Origin: Eledone cirrhosa
Lineage: Eukaryota
Direction: 5' to 3'
DNA: 64,000 nt
Assembly (NCBI GenBank): GCA_964016885.1
Contig: OZ024759.1
Coordinates: 31,124,001-31,188,000 of the forward strand
The position numbers and the translations under genes were made by a program. Below are positions 42,657 to 59,307 of the stretch, in pieces. Positions within the stretch are counted from its first letter, which is position 1, and each line of letters opens with the position of its first letter. A model generated the notes under the pieces. That model ran no database searches. It had not been told where the DNA came from and worked only from the letters and a program-made list of their open reading frames with translations.

Positions 42657-43598
42657 GTATATATACACACACATTATATCATTTGTATGTTAAAATAATA
42701 AAATCAATTTATTTCTGCAGTGCCAGTTCGAGATTGAACCTCATTACGAAAGAATGAATACCCATTACACCGCCCAAAGACGTTAACAGACAACTTGCTG
42801 AAAGTTTAATATATTTAAAGTATTAAAACCTTTATAAAACCTAAACTTATTTATTTAATAATAAATACCGTAAGTGCAGCGATAGGAGATAAATAAACTT
42901 TAAAACAATCATAATATCCGACATTGTTTTGAGAATATTTGTGTAAAATTAATTATGACACCGGTTTAAGGATTTCAGGATTTCAGGTTACCCTTGGCCT
43001 CTCGTCCCCACGGATATTTGATGTTCAGATTAAAGACAGGTAGGAAGTAAATTAATTGTTTTATTTATTTACCTATATGAAACGAGGAACAAGAATCCGT
43101 GAAAGAAATTTCAACATTTACCGTCGTTAAAAAAAATAAAATTCCGCCATTACCCTCCCATGATGCAACAGTGTAGGCAAAGACTTTGGCTATTTAGCGA
43201 CATCAGTTCCCTCAATTTCTTCGAGGTGAAATCTCAAGAACGATAACTCCGTCTTTACTTAATCGCGAAAATGGGTGCAAAAAAGTTTCAGTCGACGACG
43301 TTATTTTGTTGTATATGTATCATTCTCTCTTTGTATATGTATGTATAATTTCTTAAGACACACGCACATATATATATATATGTGTGTTTGTTGTCCCAAA
43401 TTGAAGGTTGAGTACTTTAGACTTTGTTTTATTGATTTTTCCCTGGATTTCTCTAAATTCTGTTGGATAAATCTATGTCCTGATTCCTTTTGAATTGAGT
43501 CTGAATTATTTTTCCCATATCTTATGTTAACTGTAGTCACTTATATGTTATAGAATACTGTTAGCTTCTCGCTACAACAATTTCTATACTTTTCATTG

Positions 43599-43629
<31 letters not shown>

Positions 43630-43743
43630 CTTCGTCGGTTACGACGACGAGGAATAAACTTTGACTAACGGCAAATTTGTTGTTGTTCTGTCTATTGTTA
43701 TATATACGTTCCCTAACGGGAATGATCGATGTGTATGTGTATG

Positions 43744-43777
<34 letters not shown>

Positions 43778-43816
43778 CATTTATATTTATATGTATATAT
43801 TTATCTTTATATGTAT

Positions 43817-44095
43817 ATCATCATCATCATTTTACGTCCGCTCTTCCCTGTTTACAAGAGTGGGACGGGTCTTATTCATCACAGCATCTCTCCACTTGAC
43901 ACGGTCCTTCGTCATCTCCACCGTCAGCTTCAGCGATCTAACGTCTGTTCTCACCACCTCGGCCCATGTTTTTAATGGTCTACCTCTACCATGTCTTCCT
44001 TCACCTGGCATTCCCTGGCACTTCTTCACCCATCGGACATTCTCCATGCGCAACACATGTCCATACCACCTCAGTCTCCTCTCTCGCACACAACA
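43817..44095 (-). mobile_element. RTE-clade LINE 3' fragment
   Basis: [14 protein letters not shown]...GRGRPLKTW...DRVKWR is the RTE RT C-terminus; (GAT)n tail. Confidence 0.88.
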
Positions 44096-44249
44096 TTTAT
44101 ATGTATATATTTATATACATTTATATTTATATGTATATATATATATTTATATATTGTTATACTTTGGGAGGGTCATGTTCCCAATAAATTCAGAAACGAA
44201 ATATATTTATATATATATGTGTATGTATATATATATATATGTATATATA

Positions 44250-44293
<44 letters not shown>

Positions 44294-44313
44294 TATATAT
44301 ATATATATATATA

Positions 44314-44351
<38 letters not shown>

Positions 44352-45687
44352 TATATATGTATAATATATATATATGTATAATATATATATATATATAAGT
44401 ATATATATTAATATATATGTATAATATATATATATATATAAGTATATATATTAATATATAAGTATATATATTAATATATATGTATAATATATATATATAT
44501 ATAAGTATATATATTAATATATAAGTATATATATTAATATATATGTATAATATATATATATATATAAGTATATATATTAATATATAAGTATATATATTAA
44601 TATATATGTATATATATTAATATATATATGTATATATATTAATATATATATGTATATATATTAATATATATATGTATGTATATTAATATATATATGTATG
44701 TATATTAATATATATATGTATGTATATTAATATATATATGTATGTATATTAATATATATATGTATATATATTAATATATATATGTATATATATTAATATA
44801 TATATGTATATATATTAATATATATATGTATATATATTAATATATATATGTATATATATTAATATATATATGTATGTATATTAATATATATATGTATGTA
44901 TATTTATATATATATATGTATGTATATTTATATATATATGTATGTATATTTATATATATATGTATATTTATATGTATATATATGTGTATTTATATGTATA
45001 TATATATATATATACGTATATATATATATGTATATATAAATATGTATATATATATGTATATATAATGTATATATATATGTATATATATATATACATACAA
45101 ATTATATATATATGTATGCCTAATATATATAAATATACATATATATATATATAATAATTATGTTTATTATACATTCATATATATTTATAATTATGTATAT
45201 ATATATATATATATAATATGTATATTATACATACATATATATTTATATTTATGTATATATATATGTATATATACATAATATATATAAATATACTTATATA
45301 TATACATATATACATACATTTATATTTATGTATATATATATGTATATATACATAATATATATAATTATACTTATATATATACATATATATATATTATGTA
45401 TATATATATATATATACATAATATATATAAATATACTTATATATATACATATATTATGTATATATATATATATACATAATATATATAAATATACTTATAT
45501 ATATACATATATATATATTATGTATATATATATATATACATAATATATATAAATATACTTATATATATACATATATATATATTATGTATATATATATATA
45601 TACATAATATATATAAATATACTTATATATATACATATATATATATTATGTATATATATATATATACATAATATATATAAATATACT

Positions 45688-45719
<32 letters not shown>

Positions 45720-45736
45720 ATATATGTATATACATA

Positions 45737-45767
<31 letters not shown>

Positions 45768-45781
45768 ATATATGTATATAC

Positions 45782-45843
<62 letters not shown>

Positions 45844-46124
45844 CATAATATATGTATATACATAATATATATATATATATATATACATAATATATGTATA
45901 TACATAATATATATGTATATACATAATATATACATAATATATGTATATACATAATATATATGTATATACATAATATATACATAATATATGTATATACATA
46001 ATATATATGTATATACATAATATATACATAATATATGTATATACATAATATATATATAATATATGTATATACATAATATATATATATATATATATACATA
46101 GTATATGTATATACATAATATATG

Positions 46125-46189
<65 letters not shown>

Positions 46190-46227
46190 CTATATATATG
46201 TATACATATAACTATATATATATATAA

Positions 46228-46641
46228 ACATGTGGAAAATCCTGGAGTGACTAGCACCAAACTTTGGCATTGGGAGCTGGACCAACTGTCGGACAGGACG
46301 CCACTGTGTGGTGCCAAAGGTCCCGTTTTCCACATCAAGAATAAGGAGCAGATATTGCAATTGTCTGGGATTCAAGGGCCCTCAAATCTTCAACAAGATG
46401 CCAAGGGATTTGAGAAATCTGCATGGTGCGGAGGTGGATGTCCTAAAGAAATATATCGATACCTTGCTGTCCAGGGTCACAGATGAGCCCACAGCAAGGC
46501 ACAAGGGAAACCAAAGGGCAGCAACAAAAGACTACCTCTTACACCAGTGGCCAACGAATACAGGCTGAAGATAAATGTTCAGCAACAACAGTGGTGCCCC
46601 AGCATGGTCTTAGCCGGAGGGTTGGAACAGGTAAAAGAGTA
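46228..46641 (+). mobile_element. CR1/L2-group LINE 3' fragment
   Basis: GPQIFNKMPRDLRNL...VDVLKKYIDTLLSRVTDEP...RAA resembles the LINE ORF2 C-terminus; tail GTAAAAGAGTA. Confidence 0.75.
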
Positions 46642-46974
46642 TATATACATATATATAAATATATATATATATGTAAACATTTATATATATAAGTATATAT
46701 ATAAATATTTAAATATATACATATTTAAATATATATACATCTAAATATATTTATATATATACTTATATATATAAATGTTTACATATATATATATATATAT
46801 AAATATATATATACATACATATAAATATATATATACATACATATAAATATATATATATACATACATATAAATAAATATATACATACATATAAATAAATAT
46901 ATACATACATATAAATAAATATATACATACATATAAATAAATATATACATACATATAAATAAATATATACATAC

Positions 46975-47023
<49 letters not shown>

Positions 47024-47430
47024 CATATAAATAAATATATATATATACATATAAATAAATATATATATATATACATATATATAAATAAATATATACGTAC
47101 ATATAAATAAATATATACATACATATAAATAAATATATACATACATACATATATATATAAATATATACATATATATATACATATATATATACATATTTAT
47201 ATATAAATATATATATATATGTATATATATATATATGTATTTATATATAAATATGTATATATATATACACACATAAATATGTATATATATATACACACAT
47301 AAATATGTATAAGATCTACTGTGTAAACATGCAAATGATCGTCTTTTTATAAGAATATTCGTCATTGTAACGAACCGACGGAGTGCCACTGCACTCTCTC
47401 CCTCGCTCGCTCTCTGTCTATCTCTCTTGT

Positions 47431-47461
<31 letters not shown>

Positions 47462-48261
47462 TGATAGATAGATAGAGAAGAGAGAGCGAGGAAGAGAGAG
47501 ATACATATATATATATGTTTATACATATACAACCATACATAAACAACGTTCCTGACTGAAACAGTTTTGCACCCATTTTTGCGATTAAGTAAAGACGGAG
47601 TTATCGTTCTTGAGATTTCACCTCGAAGAAATTGAGGGAACTGATGTCGCTAAATAGCCAAAGTATTTGCCTACACTGTTGCATCATGGGAGGAGTAGTG
47701 GCTAAATGTTCTTTTCTTTAACGGCGGCAAATTGTTTAAATATGGAGAGTGCAGCGATAGAAGATAAATACAACTTTAAAATAATCATAATATCGGACAT
47801 TGTTTTAGAATAATAGTGTACAAGTAGTTACGACAGCGGTTTGAGGATTTTAGGCTACCCTTGGCCTCTCGTCCCCACGGATATTTGATATTCAGATTAA
47901 GGAGAGGTGGGGAGTAAATTAATTGTTTTATTTATTTACCTATATGACACGAGGAACAAGAATCCGTGAAAGAAATTTCAACATTTACCGTCGTTAAAAA
48001 AAAATAAAATTCCGCCATTACCCTCCCATGATGCAACAGTGTAGGCAAAGACTTTGGCTATTTAGCGACATCAGTTCCCTCAATTTCTTCGAGGTGAAAT
48101 CTCAAGAACGATAACTCCGTCTTTACTTAATCGCAAAAATGGGTGCAAAAAAGTTTTAGTCGACAACGTTATTTTGTTGTATAAACATGTCTTTATATGT
48201 ATCATTCTCTCTCTTTCTCTGTATATGTATGTATAATTTCTTAAGACACACGCACACATAT

Positions 48262-48302
<41 letters not shown>

Positions 48303-48455
48303 GAGAGAGAGAGACTCCGTCGGTTACGACGACTAGAAGTAAACTTTGACTAACAGCAAATTTATGGTTGTTGTTGGTCTCCATAGTTATTATTGTTGTT
48401 GTTCTGTCTACTGTTATATATACATTCCCTGACGGGAATGATCGACGTGTGTGTG

Positions 48456-48488
<33 letters not shown>

Positions 48489-48638
48489 ATATATATATGT
48501 ATATATATATACATTTATATTAATATGTATGTATACATTTATATGTATATATATATACATTTATATGTATATATACATTTATATTTATATTTATATGTAT
48601 ATATATATTTATATGTATATATTTATCTTTATATGTAT

Positions 48639-48917
48639 ATCATCATCATCATTTTACGTCCGCTCTTCCCTGTTTACAAGAGTGGGACGGGTCTTATTCA
48701 TCACAGCATCTCTCCACTTGACACGGTCCTTCGTCATCTCCACCGTCAGCTTCAGCGATCTAACGTCTGTTCTCACCACCTCGGCCCATGTTTTTAATGG
48801 TCTACCTCTACCATGTCTTCCTTCACCTGGCATTCTCTGGCACTTCTTCACCCATCGGACATTCTCCATGCGCAACACATGTCCATACCACCTCAGTCTC
48901 CTCTCTCGCACACAACA
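48639..48917 (-). mobile_element. RTE LINE 3' fragment, copy 2
   Basis: Near-identical to 43817-44095, with the same truncation point. Confidence 0.88.
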
Positions 48918-49267
48918 TTTATATGTATATATTTATATGTATATATGTATTTATATGTATATATATATATATACATTTATATTTTTATGTATATATATGT
49001 GTATATATATATATTCATTTATATGTGTCTGTCTATATATGTATATATATATATATATATATATTTAAATATGTTTATAATTATATATATACATATGTAT
49101 TGTATATTTACATATATATATATATAAGTATATATATTAATATGTATGTATATATATGTATGTATATTTATATATATATGTATATTTATATGTATATATA
49201 TGTGTATTTATATATATATATATGTATATATATACGTATATATATATATGTATATATATATGTATAA

Positions 49268-49306
<39 letters not shown>

Positions 49307-49353
49307 GTATATATAATGTATATATATATATATATATATATAATGTATATATA

Positions 49354-49394
<41 letters not shown>

Positions 49395-49810
49395 GAGAGA
49401 GAGAGACTCCGTCGGTTACGACGACTAGAAATAAACTTTGACTAACAGCAAATTTATTGTTGTTGTTGGTCTCCATAGTTATTATTGTTGTTGTTCTGTC
49501 TTCCAAACGGGAATGGTCGACGTATATATGTGTATACATCTATATATATGTGTGTGTATATATATATATGTATATATACATTTATATTTATATGTATATA
49601 TACATTTATATTTATATGTATATATACATTTATATGTATATATATATATACATTTATATTTAATACGTATATATATATATATATATGTGTGTGTGTGGGT
49701 ATATATATGTATATATATATATACATTTATATGTATATATACATTTATATTTATATTTATATGTATATATATATTTATATGTATATATTTATCTTTATGT
49801 GTATATGTAT

Positions 49811-50086
49811 ATCATCATCATTTTACGTCCGCTCTTCCCTGTTTACAAGAGTGGGACGGGTCTTATTCATCACAGCATCTCTCCACTTGACACGGTCCTT
49901 CGTCATCTCCACCGTGAGCTTCAGCGATCTAACGTCTGTTCTCACCACCTCGGCCCATGTTTTTAATGGTCTACCTCTACCATGTCTTCCTTCACCTGGC
50001 ATTCTCTGGCACTTCTTCACCCATCGGACATCCTCCATGCGCAACACATGTCCATACCACCTCAGCCTCCTCTCTCGCACACAACA
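49811..50086 (-). mobile_element. RTE LINE 3' fragment, copy 3
   Basis: Near-identical to the other two, with the same truncation point. Confidence 0.88.
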
Positions 50087-50194
50087 TTTATATGTATATA
50101 TTTATATGTATATGTATATATATATTTATATGTATATAGATATATACATTTATATTTATATGTATATATATATATATATTCATTTATATGTGTC

Positions 50195-50229
<35 letters not shown>

Positions 50230-50348
50230 GTATATATATATATGTATATATATATCTTTATATATCTTTATATATGTATATATATATCTTTATATATGTA
50301 TATATATATATTTATATGTGTCTATATATATATATATATATATTTATA

Positions 50349-50414
<66 letters not shown>

Positions 50415-50419
50415 TATGT

Positions 50420-50459
<40 letters not shown>

Positions 50460-50466
50460 TTATATA

Positions 50467-50505
<39 letters not shown>

Positions 50506-50853
50506 TTATGTGTTTATATATATATATATATATATTTAAATGTTTATATTTATATATATACACATGTATATATATATTTATATATATATATATATATTTA
50601 AAGATGAGGTCCGGCCGTGTGTATAATATATATACATTACATATATATAATATATATATATATAGATATATGTATGTATATATATGTATTTATATATAAA
50701 TATGTATATATATATACACACATAAATATGTATAAGATCTACTGTGTAAACAAGCAAATGATCGTCTTTTTATAAGAATATTCGTCATTGTAACGAACCG
50801 ACGGAGTGCCACTGCACTCTCTCCCTCGCTCGCTCTCTGTCTATCTCTCTCGT

Positions 50854-50935
<82 letters not shown>

Positions 50936-52014
50936 GTGATAGATAGATAGAGAAGAGAGAGAGAGATACATTTAAAGACATGTTTATACATATACAACCA
51001 TACATAACAACGTTCCTGACTGAAACATTTTTGCACCCATTTTTGCGATTAAGTAAAGACGGAGTTATCGTTCTTGAGATTTCACCTCGAAGAAATTGAG
51101 GGAACTGATGTCGCTAAATAGCCAAAGTCTTTGCCTACACTGTTGCATCATGGGAGGGTAATGGCGGAATTTTATTTTTTTTAACGACGGTAAATGTTTA
51201 AATTTCTTTCACGTATTCTTGTTCCTCGTTTCATATAGGTAAATAAATAAAATAATTAATTTACTCCCTACCTGTCTTTAATCTGAACATCAAATATCCG
51301 TGGGGACGAGAGGACAAGGGTAACCTGAAATCCCTAAACCGGTGTCGTAACTACTTGTACACTATTACTCTAAAAACAATGTCGGATATTATGATTATTT
51401 TAAAGTTTATTTATCTTCCATTGCTGCACTTTGCATCTCTCTCCCTCTCTGTATATGAATAATTTCTCAACATCATATATATATATATATATACATATAT
51501 ATATAGAGAGAGAGAGAAACATAGAGAGTGAAAGAGAGACTGGCGGTTACGATGACTCGAAATAAAATTACTCAAATTTATTGTTGTTGTTCATTCTATT
51601 GTTATCGTTGTTGTTGTTATATGTATATATATATATATATATACATATAAATGTATATATATATAAATAGTTATATATATATATATAAAGTTATATACAT
51701 AAATATACATATATACGTATAAATATATGTATATACATGTATATATATATACACATAAATATATGTATATACATTCTATATATATATATATGCATATATA
51801 TATTTGCATATATATATCCATAAACATGTATATACATCTATATATATATATATATGCATATATATATATACACATAAATATATGTATATACATCTATATA
51901 TATATGTATATATATATATATACACATAAATATATGTATATACACCTATATATATATATATATTATATATACATACATATATATCTATATATATATACTA
52001 TATATAAATACATA

Positions 52015-52051
<37 letters not shown>

Positions 52052-52543
52052 GCATATATATATACATATATATCTGCATGTATGTATATATGTATTTATA
52101 TATAGTATGTATCTATATATGTATGTATATATATATATGTATGTATATATATATATACAGATATATATGCATGTATGTATATATAGATATATATGTATGT
52201 ATATACATAGATATATATAGATATGTATGTATGTAAATATATATAGATATATATGTATGTATATATATAGATATATATGTATGTATATATATAGATATAT
52301 ATGTATGTATATATATAGATATATATGTATGTATATATAGATATGTATGTATATATATAGATATATATGTATGTGTATATATATATATAGATATGTATGT
52401 ATATATATATAGATATATATGTATGTATATATATATGTATATGTATATATATAGATATATATGTATGTGTATGTATATATATATAGATATATATGTATGT
52501 ATATATATATGTATATATATATATGTGTATGTATATATATATG

Positions 52544-52574
<31 letters not shown>

Positions 52575-52640
52575 GTATGTGTATATATATATATATATAT
52601 ATGTATGTATACATATATATATATGTATATATATGTATGT

Positions 52641-52703
<63 letters not shown>

Positions 52704-52993
52704 TATATAAACATACATATATATATATATATATACATACATATCTATATATATATATATATATACATACATATATATATATATATATACATACATATCT
52801 ATATATATATATATATATATACATACATATCTATATATATATATATATATATACATACATACCTATATTTATATATATATATATACATACATACATATAT
52901 ATCTATATATATATATATACATACATACATATATATCTATATATATATACATACATACATATATATCTATATATATATACATACATATATATC

Positions 52994-53027
<34 letters not shown>

Positions 53028-53187
53028 CATACATACATATATATATATAATATATATATATACATACATATATATCTATATATATATACATACATATATA
53101 TCTATATATATATACATACATATATATCTATATATATATATATACATACATATATATATATATATATACATACATATATATATATAT

Positions 53188-53218
<31 letters not shown>

Positions 53219-54082
53219 CATACATATATATCTATATATATATACATACATATATATCTATATATATATACATACATATATATCAATATATATATATATA
53301 CATACATATATATACATATATATCTATATATATATGTATACATACATATATATCTATATATATATATATATATACATACATATATATCTATATATATATA
53401 TATACATACATATATATCTATATATATATATATACATACATATATATCTATATATATATACATCTATATCTATATATATATATACATACATACATATATA
53501 TCTATATATATATACATACATACATATATATCTATATCTATAAATATATATATATATATACATACATATATATCTATATACATATATATATATATACATA
53601 CATATATCTATATATATATATATACATACATATATATCTATAGCTATATATATTACATACATACATATATATCTATATATATATACATACATACATATAT
53701 ATCTATATCTATATATATATATATATACATATATATCTATATCTATATATATATATATACATACATATATATCTATATCTATATATATATATATATACAT
53801 ACATACATATCTATATCTATATATATATATATACATACATACATATCTATATCTATATATATATATATATACATACATACATATATATCTATATCTATAT
53901 ATATATATATACATACATACATATATATCTATATCTATATATATACATACATACATATATATCTATATCTATATATATATATACATACATATATATCTAT
54001 ATATATATCTATATATACATATATATATATCTCTCTATATATATATACATATATATATATATATCTCTCTATATATATATAC

Positions 54083-54115
<33 letters not shown>

Positions 54116-54158
54116 TCTCTATATATATACATATATATATATACATACATATATATAT

Positions 54159-54189
<31 letters not shown>

Positions 54190-54947
54190 CATACATACAT
54201 ATCTATATATATATGTATACATACATATATATCTATATATATATATACATATATATCTATATATATATATACATATATATCTATATATATATGTATACAT
54301 ACATATATATCTATATATATATACATATATATCTATATATATACATATATATCTATATATATATATATACATACATATATATCTATACATACATATATAT
54401 CTATATATAGATATATATATATACATATATATCTCTCTCTATATATATATATACATACATATATATCTATATATATATATATACATACATATATATCTAT
54501 ATCTATATATACATACATATATATCTATATCTATATATATATATATACATACATACATATATATCTATATCTATATATACATACATATATATCTATATAT
54601 ATACATATATACATATATATCTATATCTATATATATATATACATACATATATATCTATATATATACATACATATATATCTATATCTATATATATATATAT
54701 ATATACATATATATCTATCTATATATATACATACATATATATCTATATCTATATATATATATATATATACATATATATCTATATATATATATATATATAC
54801 ATATATATCTATATATATATATACATATATATCTATATCTATATATATATATATACATACATATATATCTATATATATATATATACATATATATCTATAT
54901 ATATATATACATATATATCTATATCTATATATATATATACATATATA

Positions 54948-54983
<36 letters not shown>

Positions 54984-55864
54984 CATATATATCTATATCT
55001 ATATATATATACATACATATATCTATATACATATCTATATCTATATATATATATATATACATACATACATATCTATATATATATATATATACATACATAC
55101 ATATCTATATATATATATACATACATATCTATATATATATACATACATATCTATATATATATATACATACATACATATCTATATCTATATATATATACAT
55201 ACATACATATCTATATCTATATATATATACATACATACATATCTATATATACATACATATCTATATATATATATATATATACATACATATCTATATATAT
55301 ACATACATATCTATATATATATATATACATACATATCTATATATACATACATATCTATATATATATATACATACATATCTATATATATACATATCTATAT
55401 ATATATATATCCATACATATCTATATATATATATATACATACATATCTATATATATATATATACATACATATATACATATACTTACATATATATATGTGT
55501 CTATATATATATATATATATTTATTTATTTATTTTACCACATAACCTTACGTTCTGCTTCAATGTGTATATTTTATTATATTATATTTCAACCTCACCTT
55601 GTTTTTAAATTCATATCTTACGTCCACATAAAGTTAGTCCTTCATCAGTGATCTTCCAACCATCATTGGTATTTCATCGCTTTAAAGACCATATACCTCG
55701 GGTTGGTGCGAGCAACGGCTAAAGAAAGTCGTTGGGACACGTAAATAAGGGGACCGAGCTAGACTGTAAACAAACAAAGATAGTAATGCAACAGAAAGTG
55801 AGGAAGAAAGAGTTAAGTCCCAGATTTCCATGAATATAATTTCAGTGAAATCGTGAACGAGATT

Positions 55865-55907
<43 letters not shown>

Positions 55908-55932
55908 TATATATATATATATATTAGTATTG

Positions 55933-56285
55933 GTGCTCTGAAATAGCGACGTATACATGACAGTATGTATAGTATATTTGGCAATATACCGTATGTTTAA
56001 TTTAAAACATTTTGAAGTCCATACAATTTCAGTTTTAAAGTAGTTACTATGCCGGCAATCGCTCTGTATAATCAGCTCCTGGTTATTACTGAAATTCTAT
56101 AAGAATCCAGCTTTTATAATTTTCGGCGGAAACAGGGAGTGCGTGGCTCATCAGAGCGAAACAGCGTGAAACGGACTGTTAGCTTCTCTCCCTTCTTTCG
56201 CCGAAAAGAAGTAACATAGTTGCTACTTTAAAACCGATAGCGTATGGTCTTCAAAATGTTTTTAATTAAACATATGGAATAGTGC

Positions 56286-56293
<8 letters not shown>
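55933..56293 (+). mobile_element. Family P6 relative with an inverted duplication and a degenerate hammerhead
   Basis: About 55971-56052 is inverted at about 56213-56293. Shares GCTCTGAAATAGCGA..AACATTTTGAAG and GCCGGCAATCGCTCT with the 24.4-kb element. Confidence 0.55.
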
Positions 56294-56337
<44 letters not shown>

Positions 56338-56343
<6 letters not shown>

Positions 56344-56501
56344 TAACGGATTAAAGTTTAAGCAAAGAATCGCTGCTTTCACCCTTAACGGGATCCTCTG
56401 TAACTGCTCAACGTTTCCTATATATTTGATATATATTTATCCTTATCGAGCCCTCTTTGGATTTTAGTCTTCAAATTTATTATTATTACTACATATATAC
56501 A

Positions 56502-56535
<34 letters not shown>

Positions 56536-56746
56536 ATAATAATAAATTTGAAGACTAAAATCCAAAGAGGGCTCGATAAGGATAAATATATATCAAATAT
56601 ATAAGAACCGTAGAACAAATATTTACTAAAATAACAGATTAAAGTTTAAGCAAAGAATCGCTGCTTTCACCCTTAACGGAAGATCCCGTTAAGGGTGAAA
56701 GCAGCGATTCTTTGCTTAAACTTTAATCTGTTATTTCAATAAATAT
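56338..56746. mobile_element. Two family P2 elements tail-to-tail across (TA)n, each with a 5' inversion
   Basis: 56338-56406 (-) plus 56415-56492 (+); 56531-56679 (-) plus 56680-56746 (+). Palindrome at 56619-56746. Confidence 0.65.
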
Positions 56747-58005
56747 ATATATATATATATGAATGTATGTAGTCAATACCAGATCTTCATACATATACAT
56801 CATTTGTTTGTTTACAAAGGAGATCTTTCATGGTTTTGATTTGTTGTATTTTCCTACGGAAACATATTTATGTTTGTATAATGTATATATATATGTTTAT
56901 ATATATTCATATTTATATATACGGAAAAAATGAAACGAAATTTCATTTCTCACTCTTAGTACGGCTGTTACTTAAATATAAGTATGTATACGTACATACA
57001 TATATGTATACAGATGTACAGTAGTATGTATATATATACATATATACATACATTCACACATATAGATATGTACGTATGGATTCACTGAACATTTATTATA
57101 ATGCTCGGTGTGTTTGTAAACAAACATCCCGTATTAAGCCTTAGTGTCTAGCAACCATCGTTGCTCGTTTGTTCAATATATAAGTATTTATATATATACA
57201 TAAGCATATTTATGTGTGTATACATATTTATACATACATATATAACGAGGACGTACTGAAAAAAACGAGACAGTATCTTCGAAATATAGATAATAAAGGA
57301 TATATTTTGATTATGTGAATATCTTCATTTGTTAATATTTGAATAATATATATATAATATCTCTCTCTCTATATATATATATATATAGATAGATAGATAT
57401 ATATATATATATGTATAATATATATATAATATTTCGTTTCTGAATTTGTTTAGCAAGATTCTTATTGGCAACATGACCCTCCCAAAGTATAACAATATAT
57501 ATAATATATATATGTATAATATATATATGTATAATATATATATAATATATATATATGTATAATATATATATAATATATATATATATATGTATAATATATA
57601 TATAATATATATATATATGTATAATATATATATATAATATATATATATATGTATAATATATATATAATATATATATATATGTATAATATATATATATAAA
57701 TAATATATATATATATAATATATATATAATATATATATATAATATATATAATATATATATAATATATATATATATATAATATATATAATATATATATATA
57801 ATATATATAATATATATATATATTATACATATATATATATATATTATACATACATATATATATTATACATACATATATATATATAAATATATATATATTC
57901 ATAAATACATATATATTATACATACATATATATATAAATATATATATTATACATACATATACATATCTACATATATATATTATACATACATATATATATA
58001 AATAT

Positions 58006-58056
<51 letters not shown>

Positions 58057-59170
58057 AATGTAAGCTATATATATATATAACTATGTATATGTATATATAT
58101 ATATATATATATATAAATACGTATATATAAATATAAATAAATATATATATATATATTCATTATACACACATAAATATGTTTCCGTAGGGATGTAAAACAT
58201 TAAAAAGACAAGAAATCAAAACCATGAAAGATCTCCTTTGTAAACAAACAACTGATGTATATGTATGATTTTTATAAGAATACTCGTGATTGTAACGAAC
58301 CGACGGAGTGCCACTTCTCCCTCTATTTCTCTTTATATAGATAAATAGAGAGAGATGTTAAGTAATTTGTGCATATACACACAGAGAGAGATACATATAA
58401 TAACGTTCCAGACTGAAACTGAAATTATACATACATATACAGAGAAAGAGAGAGAATGATACATATAAAGACATGTTTATACAACAAAATAATGTTGTCG
58501 ACTGAAACTTTTTTGCACCCATTTTTGCGATTAAGTAAAGACGGAGTTATCGTTCTTGAGATTTCACCTCGAAGAAATTGAGGGAACTGATGTCGCTAAA
58601 TAGCCAAAGTCTTTGCCTACACTGTTGCATCATGGGAGGGTAATGGCGGAATTTTATTTTTTTTAACGATGGTAAATGTTGAAATTTCTTTCACAGAATC
58701 TTGTTCCTCGTTTCATATAGGTAAATAAATAAAATAATTAATTTACTCCCTACCTGTCTTTAATCTGAACATCAAATTTCCGTGGGGACGAGAGTGCAAG
58801 GGTAACCTGAAATCCTTAAACCGGTGTCATAATTAATTTTACACAATTATTCTTAAAACAATGTCGGATATTATGATTGTTTTAAAGTTTATTTATCTCC
58901 TATCGCTGCACTTACGGTATTTATTATTAAATAAATAAGTTTAGGTTTTATAAAGGTTTTAATACTTTAAATATATTAAACTTTCAGCAAGTTGTCTGTT
59001 AACGTCTTTGGGAGGTGTAATGGGTATTCATTCTTTCGTAATGAGGTGAGAGGTTCAATCTCGAACTGGCACTGCAGAAATAAATTGATTTTATTATTTT
59101 AACATACAAATGATATAATGTATATATATATATTTATATGTATATATACAGGTTTATGTGTGCATACATA

Positions 59171-59201
<31 letters not shown>

Positions 59202-59307
59202 CGTACAGATAGATAAATATATACATATTTACATATATATATATATATACATAAATATGTGTGTGTGTATATATATAATATGTGTGTGTGTCTTCAAAAA
59301 ACAAGTT

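Larger units (their letters stand above)
42671..59121. mobile_element. 16.4-kb nested foldback structure with ~660-bp terminal inverted repeats
   Basis: 42671-43330 is approximately the reverse complement of 58449-59121. Internal copies of the core lie at ~47540-47740 (-), 47748-48210 (+) and ~50980-51430 (-). Confidence 0.75.

Noticed and set aside
55600-55655. CTGATGA on the minus strand in a TA-embedded island
   Set aside because: No matching stem II closure or GAAA downstream.
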